From Azolla caroliniana (taxonomy: Eukaryota; Plantae; Polypodiophyta): a stretch of DNA of 64,000 bases. Positions 22,271 through 33,214 of this stretch are shown piece by piece. The notes beneath the pieces are model-generated. The model had not been told where the DNA came from. It did not search any database and saw only the letters and a list, made by a program, of their open reading frames with translations. The translations under genes and the position numbers were made by a program. Each line of letters begins with the position of its first letter. Position 1 is the first letter of the stretch. The stretch covers positions 16,926,001-16,990,000 of the forward strand of contig JBHGNT010000004.1 in the NCBI GenBank assembly GCA_043228905.1, in the 5' to 3' direction.

Positions 22271-25200
22271 AAGAATCTCCGAACCTCTGTAACCGAATTG
22301 CAGTCATGCTTCATCGCGGAGATGGCTTCCACCTTGGCCGGAGACGGTTTCCAACCGTATGGTCCCCATAGGTGCCATGATCTTTGATTGCCCGAAGGCC
22401 GATTTTTCCCCGAAGAAGGTGAGTCTCGCGCCTTCTAGTCTCTGCAGCACCTTCTCGCAGTCATCGATTTGAGTCGCCACGAAATTCCGACATCCGTCTG
22501 GTCCGATTGTCTCGTCCTTTTCCTCCACCGAGCATCCCCTAATCGGGATGTCGTCTAAGAATGGCATGGTGATGTCCGGGATACAATCCCTGAGCACTTT
22601 GTTCATCACATTCACCATGTAGGGTACACATCCACACTAGGCCGAGAGGAGTCCGCATCGTCGTAATGTCTCTGCTCTCCACGGCTAGTTGGAACTGATC
22701 ATACCCCGAGTACAGATCAATGATAGAGTAAATCGACCTTCCGGCGAAGGCCTCCGCGAACTCGTCTATGGTCGGTCTGATTCCTACGTTACGGATGGTC
22801 ACCTTGTTGACCGGTTGCAGGTCCTGAATGAAGCGCAGCGTGCCGTTCTTCTTCGGCACCGTAAACCACCGATTTGAATACGGGGCACTCGACGGTTCGA
22901 GGATGCCCATCTCCACCTTTTGCTTCAGAAGCTCCATCAACTTCGGGATGTGAGCTCTTGGCACCGGTATCGGTTTGAGATTCCACGGTACATGCGGTAC
23001 CGTGAAGATCACCATCGGTTCAACGATCATCGGGTCCATGCACCCGATTTCCTCCAGTGAGAACGCGAAGGCTTTCCCATGCCTTCTGAGCATTCTCCGA
23101 AACTTGTCCTCCTCCGCCGGCAGTAGAAAGCCACCCCCACCGACCTCGAGCTCCCATAGCGTAATGTCAGTGAACCAATGCCCTATGCCAGCCGGATTCT
23201 GTAAACTTGGGTCCGACGCGACCCCTTTTATCCGCTCCTCGCTGCCCTCCGGCAAGGGTGCCGCGACTGGCCTCACCTTTCGGTCCACAGTCTTGTACTT
23301 TGTATCCACGCGGGCCGTCCGATCCGACCCGATCCTTTCCCCGAAGTCCGCGATGACTTCGTACATTCCCATCGAACTAACCGGAACGGTCCGGTCTTCC
23401 CTAGGGTCTTCACCGATCGCCTTTTGTAACTCGCCCAAGGTGTCATCAAAAGAGACCGCCTCCACGGCTCCATTGATTTCCTCTCCAGGGCCGAGGACTC
23501 TGCATGCCCGAAGTCACTCCTCCGCCCTCTTCTTCTCCCGGCCAACGACGCCGACAATCGTACAACCCCTGCTGTCGAAGAACCAAAATTTCCTACCTAT
23601 GGTACAGGTCTTCTTCCCTACTGTACATTTGTGGGGTTTTCCCGGGGTATCCGGATTATCGCGGCCCCACACCTTGATAGCCCTCTCTAAAAATCCCCTC
23701 GGGTTTCGCCACCGAGGGTCTCACGGTTACGCTCATGGTTTGGTCGCACCGTCAGGAACTGGACCGAGTCAAGCCCATCCTGGCTCTTGACTCTTGCATA
23801 GGCCGAACCGTTGTCCAACACCTTGGTTTCCATCCGTGCCGCCGTGATGTATGGTTCTCCTAGTATAACCGGATTTGAGGACGTCTCTTGCACGAAGAAG
23901 TGCTAGTCGATCTCGACATCGCCGATTTTCACCTGTATGTTCGTGCAGGCTCCATGTAGTTCTTCCGTGGCGCGCGTCACTGCCCGTATTTTCCAGCCGT
24001 GGTTGGTGTTGATCGGCCATTTCCCCTTTTTGTAGAAGTCCATGGACATCAAGTTGATTTCTGAACCGTGGTCCACCAACGCCACCACCGGCTCCTGGAC
24101 ATCCCCGATCTTAACAGGGGTCTCCGTGGTCGCTCTGGCCCAGTGCGGCCTAGAATAGTGGCTCTCCGCCAACTCATCTTCTAGCGCCATGTCCTCTATG
24201 TGCGTCGTTCGCACTTCCACCGGCTTCTCCGGCTCTGGCTCCGTCGACAGCCTCTTCCTCTTCACCAAGTCTACGATGGAGTCGTGGAACTCCTTCTTGG
24301 CGATCCTGAGCACTTCCCTCAGCGCCTTTGTTGTCGAGGATACGTTCCTCCAGGACCTTTTGCAGGTTCGTGGTCCTTTCGATTTCCGTGCTCAATCGGT
24401 ACCCGACCTTCTTGGCTTTATCCGGTGCGTCGGTCGCACCGGCCTCATTCTGCCTTTGACCGAACCGGGTCTTGTACCGTTGCGAGGGCCCGGCCCCTCC
24501 GATTTTACCTACTTGCTTGTCTTCCACCAGAGCCTCGTAGTTCTGGCATGCGGCTTCAATGAAGCCCGTCTTCTCTTCAACCGGGTCACTCCACCCAGTT
24601 ACCTCCCGGACCCATTTTTCCACACGGTCCGCTTCTTCTTTCCTTAGCCGTGCGCCGGCGAAGCCTTCCAGCATCAGCGGCTAGAATCCGGCTTCATTCG
24701 TCTTTCGGGCCTCACCACCTCCGACCCAGATTCCAGCCAATGCCGAGTAGTGGACGGTCTCCGCGTGGCAAGTTGCCGCTTCTTCCATCAGCCGTTTCAT
24801 ACCCCCTCGTCCGACATTCAAGTCCAGGGCCCTTCGGGTCTCGCTAACGTGCACCCGACCGTTCCATAGGTACACCACGTTGGCTCTCATTGCCTCAGTG
24901 AAGTCCCCACAGTCCTTTCGGACGTGGTCGACCGCGTCGCACCACAAACACTGGTTTCCAGCCAGAGGCCTTTGGTTACGGGCCTGTTCGTCGCCGTCCC
25001 TCCGTGCCTATGCAATCTGGAGGTCCTTTACCATCCTAGTCAACTCCTCTAGAGCTGCTCCTCTGGACGAGCCTTTGACCATGCTGGTCGAAGTCAATCT
25101 GGTCTCGAGCCAGTCTCAGGTCTCTTCCCTTCGCACTGGCGGGGTTGGCCCGAGTTTCCTTGCTGCTACAGAGCCCGCCCCTGTTGATCCTTTATCGACC

Positions 25201-25827
25201 CACTCTCGCCGTTTGTCGAAACAACCACAAACTCTCTTCACTATGGCCCAGTCGGCCGTCAGCCCGTCATCAGACTCCAACAGGAGACCCACTTGCTCCC
25301 GGTCCCTTACATCCACCAACTTAACGAACAACAGGACGCAACTTGTGTCTAGTACGGTCCGGTCGAGCGCCGAAACACGCACAAAGCATTCTTCAAACTC
25401 CCGGAGGAGCACTGACGCGTTTCTTCCCTTTTCGGGGGTCTCTACCCATTCCATGAAGTTCCGTTTCGAGAGCCGAAGCGCGTCATCGAGCCCGTATTTT
25501 TCGAGGAGCCGACCTTCAAACTCTTCCCAGATTCGGCTCTCAGCCCGTACCTCGAGCACCTCCGCATGGATGCCCGGCATCGCCACCCGAGGGAATCCGG
25601 TTAGTCGCCTTTCTTCCGGAATGTCTCTCATTACCATCTTGGCCCGGTAGGCCTCCAAATAGCTCGTGGCGTCCTTCCCATCGAACCGGCCTATCGTGTC
25701 GACGACCGCTTCAATAGCCCTATCGAGGGCGCCTACGCCTTCGCGCGCACTCACTATCCAATCCATAGCCGAAGCCATGGCTTCCGCGAGATCCGACCCC
25801 CTCATCTTTCTATTCCTCTGCCGCCTG

Positions 25828-25845
25828 TTCACGTCGGGTTCACCA
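25828..25845 (-). promoter_or_regulatory. Primer-binding site, tRNA-Trp (second copy)
   Basis: TTCACGTCGGGTTCACCA is the reverse complement of the PBS at 10911-10928 and lies 4 nt from LTR-A. Confidence 0.85.
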
Positions 25846-25849
25846 AAGA

Positions 25850-26377
25850 TGTCGCGTTGTTACACGTGTGCGTGTAGAAGGGGCGGGACCATGGGGGTCC
25901 GAACTAGGGAGTAGAGGAGAAGGAATAAGGTATGATATGGAGGCTTAGTTCAAGAGGAGAAGAGGGAAGAATAAGACCATGACATAGAAGGAGAGATCAA
26001 CCAAGACAAGATGCTCAACAAATTATATTAAAACAAACGAATGATTACAACAATGGTGGTCGCATTGGCCGCACCAAACGACTAAGAGAAAACCATAACC
26101 GAAGACGAATAAGGAAACCCTAAACGAAACCCTAACCCTAAAACGATAAGAACTCTAGACTAAGTGGTATACCTCTCATACGCAAAATAGGCAACCCTTC
26201 ATAAAGGACCCCTCCCTTCCTTTTATAGCCCAAGGAGGGAGGGACCTTACAATGTGGGATAAAATTTCCCCTCTTATTTCTATACACCATTTGCTAGTAA
26301 TCGTGTGCACATGTTGCACACCACCGACTTGCCCTTTCCACCCCGGTTTCCGCCTATGGACGAAAATCTTCACGACA
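25850..26377 (-). repeat. LTR-A, right copy (minus orientation)
   Basis: 528 bp, reverse complement of 10378-10906 with roughly 20 differences by eye. Confidence 0.9.
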
Positions 26378-26822
26378 CCGTGCACTCGACGTAGAAAGCA
26401 TTCATCTCGATGTAGGTGTACTTTTCATGTGAACACTCGAATGAATGATGGGGTTGACCATGGGACAATGACCCTTTCAATATATGGACCTCATACATGT
26501 CATGTATCGGGAAGTAGATCAGATGCGTACTATTTGCCGGTGGCCCCAAATGTTATAAGTTGTTGCAGAGATGACCTTTTTTATGTTGGATATGCACGAC
26601 ATGTGGCACGGATGAGCATGCGTAAGGAAGCATATCATAAGTCCAAGACTAGTCCATTAGACCTTGTGAGTTATAGGTTCTTTATGATACCAAAGGAGGT
26701 CCATAACATGGTCAACAAGTTAAAATTTGGGAGTGTTATGCCAGAAGTTGATTGGTCTTTAATGATGCAAGATGCCTATGCCCTCCGAGATCTTGGGAAG
26801 GTGGCTCATGTCCAACTGTACT

Positions 26823-29800
26823 TGTTGGAAGCAATGTCGTCAGTGCGGAAGATCTTGAAGCACTCGATTCCTGTTTATTCCCTGTGTATGACAGAATGTA
26901 GGTCGTTGCACAGAGAGTGAGAGAGAGAGAGAGAGAGAGACACAAAAGAGTTTCTTATTTGATAAAGCAACAATACATCAACCAACCTCACAAAGAGGTT
27001 ACAAGGTCACTATATATAGTGACCGACTTAGGGCAACTGCCCTTTATGCTAATTACATAAATGGCCAAAACGGGATGGTGTGAATACGTCCATTATACAC
27101 AGGTATTCGACACTCCCCCGTAATGGGCGTATACATGGGTTATCTAAGGTTACAGGTATAGACTTAGGTTCTCGGACATATCAGCTTTGTTCGAGTCGGC
27201 AGGGTCCGAAGGCAGAAGACCGAACTGGTCGGGTCGGAACAGTTGAAGCCGATCATTAAGGAACTGATGTCGGTTGTCGGGAACCATCCTGCTCTGTGTC
27301 CGGCTCTAACCGGACTGGTTTGTCGTTACGCCCATCTGATGCCGAAGAGACCGAAAACGGTCTGCCGAAAGACACTTGGTCATTCCATCTGCGACATTGT
27401 CGGTTGTGGATATTTTCTCTAGACCGATTTTCCCTGAAATGACGCAGTCCCGAACGAAGTGATATCGAACATCGATATGTTTGGAGGCGTTGTGGTGAAC
27501 CGGATTTTTCGACAAGGCAACAGCACCTTGACTGTCGCTGTAGACAACTGGAGCCGAGTCATGTTCGACTTGTCGAAACGTGTGCGCCAGCCGACCGAGC
27601 CACAAAGCTTCTTTTGCTGCGTCGGACGCAGCTACATATTCTGCTTCGGTCGTTGAGGTCGCTGTGCACTCCTGAAGTTTCGACTTCCACGAGATTGCTC
27701 CATTGCCGAATTTGAAGCAGTATCCGGTTGTTGATTTCCGACTGTCTATACAGCCGGCGAAGTCCGAGTCGGTGTAACCGACTACGCCTGAGGTTCGGTT
27801 CGGACCGAAAAGAATGCCGTGATCTTTTGTGCCAGCCAGATATCTGAACACATGCTTGACTGCGTTCCAATGCGATCGGCCAGGATTGTGCATAAATCTG
27901 CTAACGACTCCTACGGCATGAGAGATGTCAGGCCGTGTCGCGACCATCAGGTACATAAGGGAGCCGACTGCCGGTGCATACGGTACCGACCTCATATCTT
28001 CCCCCTCCGGACCGGATGTCGGGCAGTCTCGCTGAGAGAGCCGAAGATTCATGGGGAGCGGGGTTGAAGCAGATTTGGCTGATTGCATGTTGAAGCGTTC
28101 CAAGACACGTCCGATATAGTCGGTCTGAGACAAAAAAAGATGTCGTTTATCGCGATGCCGACTAATCTTCATGCCAAGGATGTGTCGTGCCGGACCGAGG
28201 TCCTTCATGGCAAACTTCAACCGCAGTTGCCGAACGAGATCGGCAAGTTCGCCCGCGTGGCGGCCAGAAATTAGCATGTCGTCCACGTAAATGATGAGGA
28301 AGATGGGTGATCCATCTTGAGCTGTATTGGTGAAGAGACAATGGTCCTCATCGCTTTTGGAGAAGCCGATCGATTGGATGAAGTCGTCGAACTTCTTGTA
28401 CCATTGTCGCGGTGCCTGTTTGAGGCCGTATAGACTCTTCCTGAGTCGGCAGACTAGATGTTCTTGGCCAGTTGCCACGAAGCCTTTTGGCTGCTCCATA
28501 TAAATTTCCTCCTCGAGATCACCATGGAGGAAGGCTGTTTTGACATCTAGCTGAATCAGCTCCAAGTTGTCGGCTGCCACGACGCCGAGCAGAAAACGAA
28601 GGGTTGTCATTTTCACCACTGGTGAAAAAATCTCGTCGAAGTCGACGCCATATTCTTGTCGGAAGCCCTTCGCAACTAATCTGGCCTTGTACTTTGGGGT
28701 GGTCGAATCAGACGTCTCTTTTAGTCGATAAACCCACTTGCAAGGAAGAGCACGTCGGTTCCTAGGTAATTCGACCAGATCCCAAGTCTTGTTTGCACGG
28801 ATGGAGTGCATTTCCGACTCCATCGCCAGATGCCAGGTGGCCGAATCGACAGATGTCGATGCTTCTTCGTAAGACGTCGGTTCGCCGGCGTCGGTGAAGA
28901 AAATTCCAGGAGAATACCTCTCCGGAGGTTGCGACAGTCTCTCGGATCGTCGAGGTATGATTGGACTGGTCGCATCGGGTATCGAGGTCGGATGGTCCGA
29001 AACCGAATCATTCGGCTGTGCCGAGTCAGAGTTGTCCGAGTCGGTAGGATAAGGTTCAGCTACCCGTGAAGCTGACCGTGTGTTAAGAGCGGGGCCTTCT
29101 TGAAGGGTCGGCACATCGGAGAATGTTACCCTTCGGACTTCGATCGGTTTTTCGACTGATGGATTCATAGCCGACTCGTTGAACACAACGTCCGAACTTC
29201 GAACGATTTGTCTGCGTTCGGGGTCCCAGAGTCGGTATCCCATTTCGCCGTCTGATCCATATCCAAGGAAAATGCATTTCCTGGACCGAGGTGCAAGTTT
29301 TCGGCGATCATCTTTCGGAATAAGGGCGTACGCCTCGCATCCGAAGATCCTCAGCTTGTCGTAATTCGGCTTGCTGCCGATCCATAGTTCCTGAGGAATT
29401 TGAAGTCCTAGAGGTCTACTTGGCGACATATTGATTATGTGTACTGCCGTGAGTAGAGCCTCTGCCCAGAAGCCATCCGACAGTCCGGAGTGTTGGAGCA
29501 TGGAAACTATCCTTTCTTGGATTGTCCGATTCATTCGTTCTGCAATCCCGTTTTGCTCCGGACTGTGTGGTGCCGTAAATTCATGTCGGATGCCGCGTTG
29601 TCGGCAGAATTTGACGAATTCGTCGGATTTGAACTCTCCCCCATTATCGGTCCGAAGGCATTTCAGCTTTCGGTCGGTTTGATTTTCTACCATAGCGAAC
29701 CAGTCGGTGAAGATCGAGAAGACACGATCTTTAGTGCGAATTGGATAAGCCCACACCTTTCGAGTCGAGTCGTCAATAAAAGTGACGAAGTAAGAGGCAC

Positions 29801-32181
29801 CGCCTAGAGACTGATGCGGCATTGGGCCACAGACGTCCGAATGGACTAGATCGAGAGGTCTCGTTTCTCTTGGTGCGGATGTCGGGTGTGATGCGGCTGC
29901 TTGTTTGCCATACTGGCAATGCTCGCAGAATTGATGGTCCGAGAAGGAGAGTTTGGGGATGTATCCGGCTCTGGATAGGTGCGTGATGCCGGCCTTGCTG
30001 AGGTGTCCTAATCTTCGGTGCCATAGTGATGACACAGGAATATCCACCAAAAACAGGTTACCCTCTCTGAGTGTAACATGTAACGGATACAAGGAGTGTA
30101 TCTTAGGTCCTCTAGCAAGCAGGAGGTTCCCCCTGTGGAGTGTCCACCCTCCCGAAGAAAAACCGGCACGAATGCCGTCTTCATCTAGTTGTCCGACTGA
30201 GATCAATGGCCTTGAGAGCTCGGGTACATGTCGGACATTGTGGAGTACAAGTGTAGAGCCACCGGCAAGGTTGAGCTCTACTGTGCCGATTCCGATGATG
30301 TCACAGTGTTGTGAGTTGCCGACCCGAACTGAGTCGGAGTGACGGATCGTATATTGCCGAAATTGGGATCGATGAGGAGTCACGTGAAATGACGCGCCCG
30401 AATCTAAGAGCCATGTGCTCGATTCTTCAGTCGTGAGTAGAACTTCTGATCCGACTGGATTTTCGATTGATAGTATATTCGGGTCGTCCGGTAGTACATC
30501 AGCTGAGAAGCTGACGTAATTGATCTCCTCATGCCGGCCACTCTTCTTGTTGTTCTTGTTCTTGAGTACGCGGCAGTCGGCTTTGATGTGTCCGGGTTTC
30601 TTGCAGTAGTTGCAGATTCGGTGATCCCGTGACTGGCTCCGTCTTCGCTGATTGTTCGGCGGTCGTGAGGAATCTCTTCCTCGTATGTTCGATCGGTCTG
30701 TCGAACCTTGTACTACGTAAGCGTCGTCTGTTGAGTCTTTGGCGAAAGACTTTCTCCGAGCTGCTTCGGTCAGGATTGCGCTCGTGACTTCGGAGTATTT
30801 AACAGCCGTGGTTGACGCGTTGCACACGGTTGTGACGAAAGTTTCCCATGATGAGGGAAGGCTACTCATGAGTATCATTGCTCTGAGTTCATCCTCGATT
30901 GCCGTCCCCTGTGACGAGATTTGGGAGCTTATGCTTTCGTACTCATTGAGGTGTGCTTGAACCGAATCGGACTCTTTCATCCGCAAGTTGTAGAGGCGCC
31001 GGATCAGAAACATCTTTGTTGCGGCGACCTTCTTTTCGTAAGTGTCCGACAGTGTTTTCCACAGTTCGAATGCTGTCGTACACGATTGCACTGTGAAGTA
31101 TACTGATTCCGATAGGTGCATCCGAATCGTGGCGCGGACGATTCTGTCCAGCTTTTGCCACTCAATTGGTTTGTATCCTTCTGGAGGTTCTTCATTTTCG
31201 ATGGGATCGATCTGCCCCTTGACTATGAGATAGTCCTGCATTTGTTCCTTCCAGAAGTTGAAGTTCGATCCATCGAACTTTCGTAGACTCATTTCTGACG
31301 AGCCGGATGTTGATGCCATCAAATTCGGTTTCAGTTGACGAAGCTCGGTTCGAAGTTGACTACGAACCTTGTTGGAGTGCAGCCGGTTGGCTCACCCGAT
31401 ATCGTTCTGGTCAGATTTGAACCCGAGTCGGTTCGGCTTCGGAACTTGCTCGAATTGACTTCGGTAGCTTGAGGGACAGAACCGACTGGTCTTCCCGAAT
31501 GTTGCCGAGTCGGAGCCTGGTTCGTTTCGGATATATATGCCGAATACCGATTATTAAAACCGATTATCTGAACCGATTTTGCTTCGGTTGACTGCAGCGA
31601 CGAGAGAGACGGATCCGACTGATCCTCCCGAATGTCGATCAGCCAGATGAAGCACGAATTTGGGTTGTTGTCAGAGTTGTACAAGGGGATTTCACCTCAA
31701 GCGGTTACGATCACGGGGAGCGGAGTACAACCTGTTGGCTTACTCCAAACAAAGATGATCTAACGCGATGAGATGCAAACCTGGTTTTTCTTCTTCTTCT
31801 CTCTTCTTCGAATGACGCAGGAAACCGAATGCAGAGACGACAGCCGACAGCGGATTGAGGGACCGACTACTGTGCAGGCTCTGATACCAGATGTTGGAAG
31901 CAATGTCGTCAGTGCGGAAGATCTTGAAGCACTCGATTCCTGTTTATTCCCTGTGTATGACAGAATGTAGGTCGTTGCACAGAGAGTGAGAGAGAGAGAG
32001 AGAGAGAGACACAAAAGAGTTTCTTATTTGATAAAGCAACAATACATCAACCAACCTCACAAAGAGGTTACAAGGTCACTATATATAGTGACCGACTTAG
32101 GGCAACTGCCCTTTATGCTAATTACATAAATGGCCAAAACGGGATGGTGTGAATACGTCCATTATACACAGGTATTCGACA
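26823..32181 (-). mobile_element. Intact Ty1/Copia retrotransposon with apparently identical 290-bp LTRs
   Basis: LTRs at 26823-27112 and 31892-32181. TSD GTACT at 26818-26822 and 32182-32186. tRNA-iMet PBS at 31889-31878. PPT next to 27112. Confidence 0.97.
27306..31319 (-). CDS. Copia gag-pol polyprotein, 1337 aa, uninterrupted
   Basis: Motifs FDGSNFNFWK, CNYCKKPGHIKADC, WLLDSGAS, LVHSDVCGP, QLDVKTAFLHG, IIYVDDML and SKHIDVRYHF. Confidence 0.95.
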   Translation of the reverse strand: MASTSGSSEMSLRKFDGSNFNFWKEQMQDYLIVKGQIDPIENEEPPEGYKPIEWQKLDRIVRATIRMHLSESVYFTVQSCTTAFELWKTLSDTYEKKVAATKMFLIRRLYNLRMKESDSVQAHLNEYESISSQISSQGTAIEDELRAMILMSSLPSSWETFVTTVCNASTTAVKYSEVTSAILTEAARRKSFAKDSTDDAYVVQGSTDRSNIRGRDSSRPPNNQRRRSQSRDHRICNYCKKPGHIKADCRVLKNKNNKKSGRHEEINYVSFSADVLPDDPNILSIENPVGSEVLLTTEESSTWLLDSGASFHVTPHRSQFRQYTIRHSDSVRVGNSQHCDIIGIGTVELNLAGGSTLVLHNVRHVPELSRPLISVGQLDEDGIRAGFSSGGWTLHRGNLLLARGPKIHSLYPLHVTLREGNLFLVDIPVSSLWHRRLGHLSKAGITHLSRAGYIPKLSFSDHQFCEHCQYGKQAAASHPTSAPRETRPLDLVHSDVCGPMPHQSLGGASYFVTFIDDSTRKVWAYPIRTKDRVFSIFTDWFAMVENQTDRKLKCLRTDNGGEFKSDEFVKFCRQRGIRHEFTAPHSPEQNGIAERMNRTIQERIVSMLQHSGLSDGFWAEALLTAVHIINMSPSRPLGLQIPQELWIGSKPNYDKLRIFGCEAYALIPKDDRRKLAPRSRKCIFLGYGSDGEMGYRLWDPERRQIVRSSDVVFNESAMNPSVEKPIEVRRVTFSDVPTLQEGPALNTRSASRVAEPYPTDSDNSDSAQPNDSVSDHPTSIPDATSPIIPRRSERLSQPPERYSPGIFFTDAGEPTSYEEASTSVDSATWHLAMESEMHSIRANKTWDLVELPRNRRALPCKWVYRLKETSDSTTPKYKARLVAKGFRQEYGVDFDEIFSPVVKMTTLRFLLGVVAADNLELIQLDVKTAFLHGDLEEEIYMEQPKGFVATGQEHLVCRLRKSLYGLKQAPRQWYKKFDDFIQSIGFSKSDEDHCLFTNTAQDGSPIFLIIYVDDMLISGRHAGELADLVRQLRLKFAMKDLGPARHILGMKISRHRDKRHLFLSQTDYIGRVLERFNMQSAKSASTPLPMNLRLSQRDCPTSGPEGEDMRSVPYAPAVGSLMYLMVATRPDISHAVGVVSRFMHNPGRSHWNAVKHVFRYLAGTKDHGILFGPNRTSGVVGYTDSDFAGCIDSRKSTTGYCFKFGNGAISWKSKLQECTATSTTEAEYVAASDAAKEALWLGRLAHTFRQVEHDSAPVVYSDSQGAVALSKNPVHHNASKHIDVRYHFVRDCVISGKIGLEKISTTDNVADGMTKCLSADRFRSLRHQMGVTTNQSG

Positions 32182-33214
32182 GTACTTGCCTGGTGAATAT
32201 GGATTTCCCACAAGGCAACCGTTCATCTTGGTGCTCCAAGATGAATGGATGTTAGAGATGTGTGAGCGATTGTCAATAAACAACTCTTGGGCAATCGACT
32301 CCATGTTTAAAACAAACCAATTTGGCTTGCCATTATATACAGTTGTGGCCCCAAATGTCATGGGAGTTGGTATCCCATTATGGTACATGATATGTAGTTC
32401 TGATAAGGGGTCTAACCATGAGCAAGTAGCTTTGGAAACTTGCTTGAGAGTCATATTCGCACGGATGCCCAATGTGAGGCCAAATGCCATAGTCATCGAT
32501 AAAAGTTGGACATCATATAATGCCATAAGTAATGTGATTGCAACAGACCGATCATCTTGGATAGTTACAAATGGGCAAAGGTCACAAACACATTGTGGAC
32601 TTTTGTTGTATCAGTTCCATGCAAAAAAAGCATGGTTGGACAACTTGTTGCCAAAGGTAAGTGCAACTGAGAGAAACCATCTTTATAATTGAATGTGCCA
32701 ACTCATGCAATGCATTACAAAATCCACATTCAATGCCCAATGTGAGTTAAAGGTAGAATATGCAAACAAGCCGTGTTTGGCAATATATAGAAGGAGGATG
32801 GTGTGGCTTGACGTGTGTGTGGAGGAAATTGTGGCCCAAATTTGGTAGAATGTTCAACTACGGACATGTTGACACTACCAATCTTATAGAGAGACATTGG
32901 CAGTTTATCAAATATACTACCTTGAGAGGGAGGATAAACCGATCAATTATCGATCTTGTGCATGTTTTAATCGGGGACAGTCAAATTGGCACTTACATCG
33001 GGGGTACTATTATTGAATGGTACAAGCAATGACAAGAAATATGTGAGAGTGGTAGATTTGCACCCGTGCAAATTGTACGAATCAAACAACAAGACTTAAA
33101 GAGGCCAAGAGGCTATTAGAGAGGTATGAAACTAATGATGCAACAATGCATATTGTGGACGAGCCCCTATATTGGTTAAAAATATAGAGCTTGACAAAAC
33201 CAAATGTATGGTAT

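Larger units (their letters stand above)
11847..25805 (-). pseudogene. Degenerate Gypsy gag-pol interrupted by two Copia insertions
   Basis: gag (GRFDGKDAT, a WCDAVDHVRKDC knuckle), protease LVDHGSEINLM, RT DLYSGYDQ/FLDDI, RNase H IDTSPTGIG/ETDCLP and integrase YNPEANGKVER. It has frameshifts, stops and small deletions, and no chromodomain. Confidence 0.9.
10378..26377. mobile_element. Composite Gypsy (non-chromovirus) unit bounded by inverted LTRs, with a 4-bp TSD
   Basis: 10378-10928 is the reverse complement of 25828-26377. Both termini read TGTCGTGAAGA inward. TSD CCGT at 10374-10377 and 26378-26381. Removing the unit restores the MULE frame. Confidence 0.9.

Noticed and set aside
22975-25650. 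Long plus-strand ORFs (271 aa and 256 aa)
   Set aside because: These are antisense shadows of GC-rich Gypsy gag-pol.
10378-26377. Interpretation as a DIRS element or a TIR DNA transposon
   Set aside because: It encodes a DDE integrase with no tyrosine recombinase or transposase. The repeats have TG...CA ends, a TATA and a PBS like true LTRs, and a TSD is present.
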